This document shows, one piece after another, positions 1-13,691 of a stretch of 64,000 bases of DNA. The notes below the pieces were generated by a model. It was not told the origin of the DNA. It made no database searches and was given only the letters and a program-made list of their open reading frames with translations. The number at the start of each line of letters is the position of its first letter. Position 1 is the first letter of the stretch. The position numbers and the translations under genes are program-made. The stretch is from contig NC_092675.1 in assembly GCF_964355755.1 (NCBI RefSeq), forward strand, positions 14,170,912 through 14,234,911, given 5' to 3'. Origin of the DNA: Antedon mediterranea. Its lineage: Eukaryota; Animalia; Echinodermata.

Positions 1-3000
1 ATTTAGATAAAACTTTTTCACACAAAACACCAAAGTGCTTAGAATAGCTTCAAATCGCATTTGGAGAAGGTTTAGACCATTTTGTGATTTTGAAAAAACT
101 TGTTAACATAAAAACACCAAAGTGCTTAGAATAGCTTCAAATCGCATTTGGAGACGTTTTAGACCATTTTGTGATTTTCGAAAAAACTTGTTAACATAAA
201 AACACCAAAGTGCTTAGAATAGCTTCAAATCGTATTTGGAGACGTTTTAGACCATTTTGAGATTTTCGAAAAAACTTGGTTACACAAAAACATCAAAGTG
301 CTTAAAATCACATTATAAACCGTTTTAGACCATTTTGAACATTTCGATAACACTTTTCACACAAAAACATCAAAGAGCACAAAATAGCTTAATATCGTAT
401 TTAAAAACGTTTTAGACCATTTTGAGCATTTTGACAAAACTTTTTCACACAAAACACCAAAGTGCTTAGAATAGCTTCAAATCGCATTTGGAGACGTTTT
501 AGACCAATTTGTGCATTTCGATGAAACTTGATTACACAAAAACATCAACGTGCTTAAAATCACATTATAAACCGTTTTAGACCATTTTGAGCATTTCGAT
601 AACACTTTTCACACAAAAACATCAAAGAGCACAAAATAGCTTAATATCGTATTTAAAAACGTTTTAGACCATTTTGAGCATTTAGACAAAACTTTTTCAC
701 ACAAAACACCAAAGTGCTTAGAATAGCTTCAAATCGCATTTGGAGACGTTTTAGACCATTTTGTGCATTTCGATGAAACTTGGTTACACAAAAACATCAA
801 AGTGCTTAAAATCACATTATAAATCGTTTTAGACCATTTTGAGCATTTCGACAAAACTTTTTCACACAAAATACCAAAGGGCTTAGAATAGCTTCAAATC
901 GCATTTGGAGACGTTTTAGACCATTTTGTGATTTTCGAAAAAACTTTTTAACATAAAAACACCAAAGTGCTTAGAATAGCTTCAAATCACATTTGGAGAC
1001 GTTTTAGACCATTTTGTGATTTTCGAAAAAACTTGTTAACATAAAAACACCAAAGTGCTTAGAATAGCTTCAAATCGCATTTGGAAACGTTTTAGACCAT
1101 TTTGTGATTTTCGAAAAAAATTGTTAACATAAAAACACCAAAGTGCTTAGAATCACATTATAAACCGTTTTAGACCATTTTGAGCATTTCGATAACAATT
1201 TTCACACAAAAACATCAAAGAGCACAAAATAGCTTAATATCGTATTTAAAAATGTTTTAGACCATTTTGAGCATTTAGATAAAACTTTTTCACACAAAAC
1301 ACCAAAGTGCTTAGAATAGCTTCAAATCGCATTTGGAGACGTTTTAGACCATTTTGTGATTTTTGAAAAAACTTGTTAACATAAAAACTCCAAAGTGCTT
1401 AGAATAGCTTCAAATCACATTTGGAGATGTTTTAGACCATTTTGTGATTTTTGAAAAAACTTGTTAACATAAAAACACGAAAGTGCTTAGAATAGCTTCA
1501 AATCACATTTGGAGACGTTTTAGACCATTTTGTGATTTTTGAAAAAACTTGTTAACATAAAAACACGAAAGTGCTTAGAATAGCTTCAAATCGCATTTGG
1601 AAACGTTTTAGACCATTTTGTGATTTTCGAAAAAGATTGTTAACATAAAAACACCAATGTGCTTAGAATCACATTATAAACCGTTTTAGACCATTTTGAG
1701 CATTTCGATAACAATTTTCACACAAAAACATCAAAGAGCACAAAATAGCTTAATATCGTATTTAAAAATGTTTTAGACCATTTTGAGCATTTAGATAAAA
1801 CTTTTTCACACAAAACACCAAAGTGCTTAGAATAGCTTCAAATCGCATTTGGAGACGGTTTAGACCATTTTGTGATTTTGAAAAAACTTGTTAACATAAA
1901 AACACCAAAGTGCTTAGAATAGCTTCAAATCGCATTTGGAGACGTTTTAGACCATTTTGTGATTTTCGAAAAAACTTGGTAACATAAAAACACCAAAGTG
2001 CTTAGAATAGCTTCAAATCGTATTTGGAGACGTTTTAGACCATTTTGAGATTTTCGAAAAAACTTGGTTACACAAAAACATCAAAGTGCTTAAAATCACA
2101 TTATAAACCGTTTTAGACCATTTTGAGCATTTCGATAACACTTTTCACACAAAAACATCAAAGAGCACAAAATAGCTTAATATCGTATTTAAAAACGTTT
2201 TAGACCATTTTGAGCATTTCGACAAAACTTTTTCACACAAAACACCAAAGTGCTTAGAATAGCTTCAAATCGCATTTGGAGACGTTTTAGACCAATTTGT
2301 GCATTTCGATGAAACTTGATTACACAAAAACATCAAAGTGCTTAAAATCACATTATAAACCGTTTTAGACCATTTTGAGCATTTCGATAACACTTTTCAC
2401 ACAAAAACATCAAAGAGCACAAAATAGATTAATATCGTATTTAAATACGTTTTAGACCATTTTGAGCATTTCGACAAAACTTTTTCACACAAAACACCAA
2501 AGTGCTTAGAATAGCTTCAAATCGCATTTGGAGACGTTTTAGACCAATTTGTGCATTTCGATGAAACTTGATTACAGAAAAACATCAAAGTGCTTAAAAT
2601 CACATTATAAACCGTTTTAGACCATTTTGAGCATTTCGATAACACGTTTCACACAAAAACATCAAAGAGCACAAAATAGCTTAATATCGCATTTAAAAAC
2701 ATTTTAGACCATTTTGAGCATTTAGACAAAACTTTTTCACACAAAACACCAAAGTGCTTAGAATAGCTTCAAATCGCATTTGGAGACGTTTTAGACCATT
2801 TTGTGATTTTTGAAAAAACTTGTTAACATAAAAACACCAAAGTGCTTAGAATAGCTTCAAATCACATTTGGAGACGTTTTAGACCATTTTGTGATTTTCG
2901 AAAAAACTTGTTAACATAAAAACACGAAAGTGCTTAGAATAGCTTCAAATCGCATTTGGAAACGTTTTAGACCATTTTGTGATTTTCGAAAAAACTTGTT

Positions 3001-6000
3001 AACATAAAAACACGAAAGTGCTTAGAATCACATTATAAACCGTTTTAGACCATTTTGAGCATTTCGATAACAATTTTCACACAAAAACATCAAAGAGCAC
3101 AAAATAGCTTAATATCGTATTTAAAAATGTTTTAGACCATTTTGAGCATTTAGATAAAACTTTTTCACACAAAACACCAAAGTGCTTAGAATAGCTTCAA
3201 ATCGCATTTGGAGACGGTTTAGACCATTTTGTGATTTTGAAAAAACTTGTTAACATAAAAACACCAAAGTGCTTAGAATAGCTTCAAATCGCATTTGGAG
3301 ACGTTTTAGACCATTTTGTGATTTTCGAAAAAACTTGTTAACATAAAAACACCAAAGTGCTTAGAATAGCTTCAAATCGTATTTGGAGACGTTTTAGACC
3401 ATTTTGAGATTTTCGAAAAAACTTGGTTACACAAAAACATCAAAGTGCTTAAAATCACATTATAAACCGTTTTAGACCATTTTGAACATTTCGATAACAC
3501 TTTTCACACAAAAACATCAAAGAGCACAAAATAGCTTAATATCGTATTTAAAAACGTTTTAGACCATTTTGAGCATTTTGACAAAACTTTTTCACACAAA
3601 ACACCAAAGTGCTTAGAATAGCTTCAAATCGCATTTGGAGACGTTTTAGACCAATTTGTGCATTTCGATGAAACTTGATTACACAAAAACATCAACGTGC
3701 TTAAAATCACATTATAAACCGTTTTAGACCATTTTGAGCATTTCGATAACACTTTTCACACAAAAACATCAAAGAGCACAAAATAGCTTAATATCGTATT
3801 TAAAAACGTTTTAGACCATTTTGAGCATTTAGACAAAACTTTTTCACACAAAACACCAAAGTGCTTAGAATAGCTTCAAATCGCATTTGGAGACGTTTTA
3901 GACCATTTTGTGCATTTCGATGAAACTTGGTTACACAAAAACATCAAAGTGCTTAAAATCACATTATAAATCGTTTTAGACCATTTTGAGCATTTCGACA
4001 AAACTTTTTCACACAAAATACCAAAGGGCTTAGAATAGCTTCAAATCGCATTTGGAGACGTTTTAGACCATTTTGTGATTTTCGAAAAAACTTTTTAACA
4101 TAAAAACACCAAAGTGCTTAGAATAGCTTCAAATCACATTTGGAGACGTTTTAGACCATTTTGTGATTTTCGAAAAAACTTGTTAACATAAAAACACCAA
4201 AGTGCTTAGAATAGCTTCAAATCGCATTTGGAAACGTTTTAGACCATTTTGTGATTTTCGAAAAAAATTGTTAACATAAAAACACCAAAGTGCTTAGAAT
4301 CACATTATAAACCGTTTTAGACCATTTTGAGCATTTCGATAACAATTTTCACACAAAAACATCAAAGAGCACAAAATAGCTTAATATCGTATTTAAAAAT
4401 GTTTTAGACCATTTTGAGCATTTAGATAAAACTTTTTCACACAAAACACCAAAGTGCTTAGAATAGCTTCAAATCGCATTTGGAGACGTTTTAGACCATT
4501 TTGTGATTTTTGAAAAAACTTGTTAACATAAAAACACCAAAGTGCTTAGAATAGCTTCAAATCGCATTTGGAGACGTTTTAGACCATTTTGTGATTTTCG
4601 AAAAAACTTGTTAACATAAAAACACGAAAGTACTTAGAATAGCTTCAAATCGCATTTGGAAACGTTTTAGACCATTTTGTGATTTTCGAAAAAACTTGTT
4701 AACATAAAAACACGAAAGTGCTTAGAATAGCTTCAAATCGCATTTGGAAACGTTTTAGACCATTTTGTGATTTTCGAAAAAAATTGTTAACATAAAAACA
4801 CCAAAGTGTTTAGAATAGCTTCAAATCGCATTTGGAGACGTTTTAGACCAATTTGTGATTTTCGAAAAAACTTATCAACATAAAAACACCAAAGGGTTTA
4901 GAATAGCTTCAAATCGCATTTGGAGACGTTTTAGACCATTTTGTGATTTTGAAAAAACTTGTTAACATAAAAACACCAAAGTGCTTAGAATAGCTTCAAA
5001 TCGCATTTGGAGACGATTTAGACCATTTTGTGATTTTCGAAAAAACTTGTTAACATAAAAACACCAAAGTGCTTAGAATAGCTTCAAATCGTATTTGGAG
5101 ACGTTTTAGACCATTTTGAGATTTTCGAAAAAACTTGGTTACACAAAAACATTAAAGTGCTTAAAATCACATTATAAACCGTTTTAGACCATTTTGAGCA
5201 TTTCGATAACACTTTTCACACAAAAACATCAAAGAGCACAAAATAGCTTAATATCGTATTTAAAAACGTTTTAGACCATTTTGAGCATTTCGACAAAACT
5301 TTTTCACACAAAACACCAAAGTGCTTAGAATAGCTTCAAATCGCATTTGGAGACGTTTTAGACCAATTTGTGCATTTCGATGAAACTTGATTACACAAAA
5401 ACATCAAAGTGCTTAAAATCACATTATAAACCATTTTAGACCATTTTGAGCATTTCGATAACACTTTTCACACAAAAACATCAAAGAGCACAAAATAGCT
5501 TAATATCGTATTTAAAAACGTTTTAGACCATTTTGAGCATTTAGACAAAACTTTTTCACACAAAACACCAAAGTGCTTAGAATAGCTTCAAATCGCATTT
5601 GGAGACGTTTTAGACCATTTTGTGATTTTTGAAAAAACTTGTTAACATAAAAACACCAAAGTGCTTAGAATAGCTTCAAATCACATTTGGAGACGTTTTA
5701 GACCATTTTGTGATTTTCGAAAAAACTTGTTAACATAAAAACACGAAAGTGCTTAGAATAGCTTCAAATCGCATTTGGAAACGTTTTAGACCATTTTGTG
5801 ATTTTCGAAAAAACTTGTTAACATAAAAACACGAAAGTGCTTAGAATCACATTATAAACCGTTTTAGACCATTTTGAGCATTTCGATAACAATTTTCACA
5901 CAAAAACATCAAAGAGCACAAAATAGCTTAATATCGTATTTAAAAATGTTTTAGACCATTTTGAGCATTTAGATAAAACTTTTTCACACAAAACACCAAA

Positions 6001-9000
6001 GTGCTTAGAATAGCTTCAAATCGCATTTGGAGACGTTTTAGACCATTTTGTGATTTTTGAAAAAACTTGTTAACATAAAAACTCCAAAGTGCTTAGAATA
6101 GCTTCAAATCACATTTGGAGATGTTTTAGACCATTTTGTGATTTTTGAAAAAACTTGTTAACATAAAAACACGAAAGTGCTTAGAATAGCTTCAAATCAC
6201 ATTTGGAGACGTTTTAGACCATTTTGTGATTTTTGAAAAAACTTGTTAACATAAAAACACGAAAGTGCTTAGAATAGCTTCAAATCGCATTTGGAAACGT
6301 TTTAGACCATTTTGTGATTTTCGAAAAAGATTGTTAACATAAAAACACCAATGTGCTTAGAATCACATTATAAACCGTTTTAGACCATTTTGAGCATTTC
6401 GATAACAATTTTCACACAAAAACATCAAAGAGCACAAAATAGCTTAATATCGTATTTAAAAATGTTTTAGACCATTTTGAGCATTTAGATAAAACTTTTT
6501 CACACAAAACACCAAAGTGCTTAGAATAGCTTCAAATCGCATTTGGAGACGGTTTAGACCATTTTGTGATTTTGAAAAAACTTGTTAACATAAAAACACC
6601 AAAGTGCTTAGCATAGCTTCAAATCGCATTTGGAGACGTTTTAGACCATTTTGTGATTTTCGAAAAAACTTGGTAACATAAAAACACCAAAGTGCTTAGA
6701 ATAGCTTCAAATCGTATTTGGAGACGTTTTAGACCATTTTGAGATTTTCGAAAAAACTTGGTTACACAAAAACATCAAAGTGCTTAAAATCACATTATAA
6801 ACCGTTTTAGACCATTTTGAGCATTTCGATAACACTTTTCACACAAAAACATCAAAGAGCACAAAATAGCTTAATATCGTATTTAAAAACGTTTTAGACC
6901 ATTTTGAGCATTTCGACAAAACTTTTTCACACAAAACACCAAAGTGCTTAGAATAGCTTCAAATCGCATTTGGAGACGTTTTAGACCAATTTGTGCATTT
7001 CGATGAAACTTGATTACACAAAAACATCAAAGTGCTTAAAATCACATTATAAACCGTTTTAGACCATTTTGAGCATTTCGATAACACTTTTCACACAAAA
7101 ACATCAAAGAGCACAAAATAGATTAATATCGTATTTAAATACGTTTTAGACCATTTTGAGCATTTCGACAAAACTTTTTCACACAAAACACCAAAGTGCT
7201 TAGAATAGCTTCAAATCGCATTTGGAGACGTTTTAGACCAATTTGTGCATTTCGATGAAACTTGATTACAGAAAAACATCAAAGTGCTTAAAATCACATT
7301 ATAAACCGTTTTAGACCATTTTGAGCATTTCGATAACACTTTTCACACAAAAACATCAAAGAGCACAAAATAGCTTAATATCGTATTTAAAAACATTTTA
7401 GACCATTTTGAGCATTTAGACAAAACTTTTTCACACAAAACACCAAAGTGCTTAGAATAGCTTCAAATCGCATTTGGAGACGTTTTAGACCATTTTGTGA
7501 TTTTTGAAAAAACTTGTTAACATAAAAACACCAAAGTGCTTAGAATAGCTTCAAATCACATTTGGAGACGTTTTAGACCATTTTGTGATTTTCGAAAAAA
7601 CTTGTTAACATAAAAACACGAAAGTGCTTAGAATAGCTTCAAATCGCATTTGGAAACGTTTTAGACCATTTTGTGATTTTCGAAAAAACTTGTTAACATA
7701 AAAACACGAAAGTGCTTAGAATCACATTATAAACCGTTTTAGACCATTTTGAGCATTTCGATAACAATTTTCACACAAAAACATCAAAGAGCACAAAATA
7801 GCTTAATATCGTATTTAAAAATGTTTTAGACCATTTTGAGCATTTAGATAAAACTTTTTCACACAAAACACGAAAGTGCTTAGAATAGCTTCAAATCACA
7901 TTTGGAGACGTTTTAGACCATTTTGTGATTTTTGAAAAAACTTGTTAACATAAAAACACGAAAGTGCTTAGAATAGCTTCAAATCGCATTTGGAAACGTT
8001 TTAGACCATTTTGTGATTTTCGAAAAAGCTTGTTAACATAAAAACACCAAAGTGCTTAGAATCACATTATAAACCGTTTTAGACCATTTTGAGCATTTCG
8101 ATAACAATTTTCACACAAAAACATCAAAGAGCACAAAATAGCTTAATATCATATTTAAAAATGTTTTAGACCATTTTGAGCATTTAGATAAAACTTTTTC
8201 ACACAAAACACCAAAGTGCTTAGAATAGCTTCAAATCGCATTTGGAGACGGTTTAGACCATTTTGTGATTTTGAAAAAACTTGTTAACATAAAAACACCA
8301 AAGTGCTTAGAATAGCTTCAAATCGCATTTGGAGACGTTTTAGACCATTTTGTGATTTTCGAAAAAACTTGTTAACATAAAAACACCAAAGTGCTTAGAA
8401 TAGCTTCAAATCGTATTTGGAGACGTTTTAGACCATTTTGAGATTTTCGAAAAAACTTGGTTACACAAAAACATCAAAGTGCTTAAAATCACATTATAAA
8501 CCGTTTTAGACCATTTTGAGCATTTCGATAACACTTTTCACACAAAAACATCAAAGAGCACAAAATAGCTTAATATCGTATTTAAAAACGTTTTAGACCA
8601 TTTTGAGCATTTCGACAAAACTTTTTCACACAAAACACCAAAGTGCTTAGAATAGCTTCAAATCGCATTTGGAGACGTTTTTTATACCATTTTGTGATTT
8701 CGATGAAACTTGATTACACAAAAACATCAAAGTGCTTAAAATCACATTATAAACCGTTTTAGACCATTTTGAGCATTTCGATAACACTTTTCACACAAAA
8801 ACATCAAAGAGCACAAAATAGCTTAATATCGTATTTAAAAACGTTTTAGACCATTTTGAGCATTTAGACAAAACTTTTTCACACAAAACACCAAAGTGCT
8901 TAGAATAGCTTCAAATCGCATTTGGAGACGTTTTAGAACATTTTGTGTTTTTCGAAAAAAACTGTTAACATAAAAACACCAAAGTGCTTAGAATAGCTTC

Positions 9001-12000
9001 AAATCGCATTTGGAGACGTTTTAGAACATTTTGTGTTCTTCGAAAAAACCTGTTAACATAAAAACACCAAAGTGCTTAGAATAGCTTCAAATCGCATTTG
9101 GAGACGTTTTAGACCATTTTGTGATTTTCGAAAAAACTTGTTAACATAAAAACACGAAAGTGCTTAGAATAGCTTCAAATCGCATTTGGAAACGTTTTAG
9201 ACCATTTTGTGATTTTCGAAAAAGATTGTTAACATAAAAACACCAAAGTGCTTAGAATCACAATATAAACCGTTTTAGACCATTTTGAGCATTTCGATAA
9301 CAATTTTCACACAAAAACATCAAAGAGCACAAAATAGCTTAATATCGTATTTAAAAATGTTTTAGACCATTTTGAGCATTTAGATAAAACTTTTTCACAC
9401 AAAACACCAAAGTGCTTAGAATAGCTTCAAATCGCATTTGGAGACGGTTTAGACCATTTTGTGATTTTCGAAAAAACTTGTTAACATAAAAACACCAAAG
9501 TGCTTAGAATAGCTTCAAATCGTATTTGGAGACGTTTTAGACCATTTTGAGATTTTCGAAAAAACTTGGTTACACAAAAACATCAAAGTGCTTAAAATCA
9601 CATTATAAACCGTTTTAGACCATTTTGAACATTTCGATAACACTTTTCACACAAAAACATCAAAGAGCACAAAATAGCTTAATATCGTATTTAAAAACGT
9701 TTTAGACCATTTTGAGCATTTAGACAAAACTTTTTCACACAAAACACCAAAGTGCTTAGAATAGCTTCAAATCGCATTCGGAGACGTTTTAGACCAATTT
9801 GTGCATTTCGATGAAACTTGATTACACAAAAACATCAACGTGCTTAAAATCACATTATAAACCGTTTTAGACCATTTTGAGCATTTCGATAACACTTTTC
9901 ACACAAAAACATCAAAGAGCACAAAATAGCTTAATATCGTATTTAAAAACGTTTTAGACCATTTTGAGCATTTAGACAAAACTTTTTCACACAAAACACC
10001 AAAGTTCTTAGAATAGCTTCAAATCGCATTTGGAGACGTTTTAGACCATTTTGTGCATTTCGATGAAACTTGGTTACACAAAAACATCAAAGTGCTTAAA
10101 ATCACATTATAAATCGTTTTAGACCATTTTGAGCATTTCGACAAAACTTTTTCACACAAAATACCAAAGGGCTTAGAATAGCTTCAAATCGCATTTGGAG
10201 ACGTTTTAGACCATTTTGTGATTTTCGAAAAAACTTTTTAACATAAAAACACCAAAGTGCTTAGAATAGCTTCAAATCACATTTGGAGACGTTTTAGACC
10301 ATTTTGTGATTTTCGAAAAAACTTGTTAACATAAAAACACGAAAGTGCTTAGAATAGCTTCAAATCGCATTTGGAAACGTTTTAGACCATTTCGTGATTT
10401 TCGAAAAAAATTGTTAACATAAAAACACCAAAGTGCTTAGAATCACATTATAAACCGTTTTAGACCATTTTGAGCATTTCGATAACAATTTTCACACAAA
10501 AACATCAAAGAGCACAAAATAGCTTAATATCGTATTTAAAAATGTTTTAGACCATTTTGAGCATTTAGATAAAACTTTTTCACACAAAACACCAAAGTGC
10601 TTAGAATAGCTTCAAATCGCATTTGGAGACGGTTTAGACCATTTTGTGATTTTGAAAAAACTTGTTAACATAAAAACACCAAAGTGCTTAGAATAGCTTC
10701 AAATCGCATTTGGAGACGTTTTAGACCATTTTGTGATTTTCGAAAAAACTTGTTAACATAAAAACACCAAAGTGCTTAGAATAGCTTCAAATCGTATTTG
10801 GAGACGTTTTAGACCATTTTGAGATTTTCGAAAAAACTTGGTTACACAAAAACATCAAAGTGCTTAAAATCACATTATAAACCGTTTTAGACCATTTTGA
10901 ACATTTCGATAACACTTTTCACACAAAAACATCAAAGAGCACAAAATAGCTTAATATCGTATTTAAAAACGTTTTAGACCATTTTGAGCATTTCGACAAA
11001 ACTTTTTAACATAAAAACACCAAAGTGCTTAGAATAGCTTCAAATCACATTTGGAAACGTTTTAGACCATTTTGTGATTTTCGAAAAAACTTGTTAACAT
11101 AAAAACACCAATGTGCTTAGAATCACATTATAAACCGTTTTAGACCATTTTGAGCATTTCGATAACAATTTTCACACAAAAACATCAAAGAGCACAAAAT
11201 AGCTTAATATCGTATTTAAAAATGTTTTAGACCATTTTGAGCATTTAGATAAAACTTTTTCACACAAAACACCAAAGTGCTTAGAATAGCTTCAAATCGC
11301 ATTTGGAGACGGTTTAGACCATTTTGTGATTTTGAAAAAACTTGTTAACATAAAAACACCAAAGTGCTTAGAATAGCTTCAAATCGCATTTGGAGACGTT
11401 TTAGACCATTTTGTGATTTTCGAAAAAACTTGTTAACATAAAAACACCAAAGTGCTTAGAATAGCTTCAAATCGTATTTGGAGACGTTTTAGACCATTTT
11501 GAGATTTTCGAAAAAACTTGGTTACACAAAAACATCAAAGTGCTTAAAATCACATTATAAACCGTTTTAGACCATTTTGAACATTTCGATAACACTTTTC
11601 ACACAAAAACATCAAAGAGCACAAAATAGCTTAATATCGTATTTAAAAACGTTTTAGACCATTTTGAGCATTTCGACAAAACTTTTTAACATAAAAACAC
11701 CAAAGTGCTTAGAATAGCTTCAAATCACATTTGGAGACGTTTTAGACCATTTTGTGATTTTCGAAAAAACTTGTTAACATAAAAACACGAAAGTGCTTAG
11801 AATAGCTTCAAATCGCATTTGGAAACGTTTTAGACCATTTTGTGATTTTCGAAAAAACTTGTTAACATAAAAACACGAAAGTGCTTAGAATAGCTTCAAA
11901 TCGCATTTGGAAACGTTTTAGACCATTTTGTGATTTTCGAAAAAAATTGTTAACATAAAAACACCAAAGTGCTTAGAATCACATTATAAACCGTTTTAGA

Positions 12001-12838
12001 CCATTTTGAGCATTTCGATAACAATTTTCACACAAAAACATCAAAGAGCACAAAATAGCTTAATATCGTATTTAAAAATGTTTTAGACCATTTTGAGCAT
12101 TTAGATAAAACTTTTTCAAACAAAACACCAAAGTGCTTAGAATAGCTTCAAATCGCATTTGGAGACGTTTTAGACCATTTTGTGATTTTTGAAAAAACTT
12201 GTTAACATAAAAACACCAAAGTGCTTAGAATAGCTTCAAATCACATTTGGAGACGTTTTAGACCATTTTGTGATTTTCGAAAAAACTTGTTAACATAAAA
12301 ACACGAAAGTGCTTAGAATAGCTTCAAATCGCATTTGGAAACGTTTTAGACCATTTTGTGATTTTCGAAAAAAATTGTTAACATAAAAACACCAAAGTGT
12401 TTAGAATAGCTTCAAATCGCATTTGGAGACGTTTTAGACCAATTTGTGATTTTCGAAAAAACTTATAAACATAAAAACACCAAAGGGTTTAGAATAGCTT
12501 CAAATCGCATTTGGAGACGTTTTAGACCATTTTGTGATTTTCGAAAAAACTTGTTAACATAAAAACACGAAAGTGCTTAGAATAGCTTCAAATCGCATTT
12601 GGAAACGTTTTAGACCATTTTGTGATTTTCGAAAAAACTTGTTAACATAAAAACATGAAAGTGCTTATAATAGCTTCAAATCGTATTTGGAGACGTTTTA
12701 GACCATTTTGTGATTTTCGAAAAAACTTGGTTACACGAAAACATCAAAGTGCTTAAAATCACATTATAAACCATTTTAGACCATTTTGAGCATTTAGATA
12801 ACACTTTTCACACAAAAACATCAAAGAGCACAAAATAG
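1..12838 (+). repeat. Satellite DNA array, segment 1 (88/77/87 bp monomer family)
   Basis: Continuous head-to-tail repeats. Monomer A at 961-1048 (accaaagtgcttagaatagcttcaaatc[a/g]catttggagacgttttagaccattttgtgattttcgaaaaaacttgttaacataaaaac) is 88 bp. Monomer B at 2081-2157 is 77 bp (gcttaaaatcacattataaaccg). Monomer C at 2158-2244 is 87 bp (gagcacaaaatagcttaatatcgtatttaaaaacg). The array runs off the left edge of the window. Confidence 0.98.
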
Positions 12839-13691
12839 CCTTTCACTGCGTATACCCGGTACTACCGGGTATAAACAAACGTCGTTGAAGTGCGTATACC
12901 CGGTAATACCGGGTATGGGCAAAACAATGATTTAATCGTATTTGCCTATAATATATAGCACCCTCTATATTTGTTCGATGAACTTGAATATTTTTCCAAG
13001 TCATTAAAAAATTTTTCCAGCAAAAAAAACGGCCCTCTATAGCTGTATTATTGTCTTGAAAATCATGCGCCCTCTATAGTTATATTATATATAGTATAGT
13101 GTATATAATAGTATTCTATCTTGGAAAGTTGTTTTGAGTAGCGTAATGGCGGCCATTTTGAAAGTAACCAAAATTTACCAGCCCCAATAGGGCAACATTG
13201 TATTTATCACAACACGCAAAAAAAAAAATTCTGAAACAATAGTTAGTTTTGTACTATAGTGAATTTTTGGAAAATGTCATTATTTTCACGATTTTGCCCC
13301 AAAACTTTGATTTGTGCATAATTTTTATAAAACAATAAAAATAATTCAATTTTTTTTTATATTTTTATTTGTTATACGTATCTTCATCAATATCCAGTTG
13401 GAAAAACGTATTCCATCAGAATTTCTTATAGAAAATATAGTTTTTATCATTGATTCGATAAAAAACCCGAAATCCAAAATACCTATAATGACGTCACATA
13501 ACGTCATCAATATGCAAATTACTTTTTTTGTTATACCTAACTGTAGACTAACCCTTTGCCCATCACACACCACAAAAATAATTACACAATTATCTCAATT
13601 AGTACTTTTTTGCAATTTATTAAAATACCATATGTTTTTCTTAAATATACATTACGCACAGAGGTGGGAATAATGCTCCGCAGTGAAAGGG
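12839..13691. mobile_element. Non-autonomous piggyBac-type DNA transposon (~850 bp MITE), left end damaged
   Basis: The right end CGCAGTGAAAGGG (13679-13691) is followed by TTAA (13692-13695). The left end CCTTTCACTGCG (12839-12850) is its 12 bp reverse complement. CCC..GGG termini with a TTAA target are the piggyBac signature. The flanks rejoin as one C monomer (caaaatagc|ttaatatc). The left TTAA and two terminal C's are missing. There is no transposase ORF. Confidence 0.85.
12847..12916. repeat. Twin subterminal palindromes (26 bp direct repeat, 44 bp period)
   Basis: TGCGTATACCCGGTA[C/A]TACCGGGTAT occurs at 12847-12872 and 12891-12916. Copy 1 contains perfect 11 bp arms (TATACCCGGTA-C-TACCGGGTATA, 12851-12873). 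Copy 2 has 10 bp arms (12896-12916). Confidence 0.95.
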
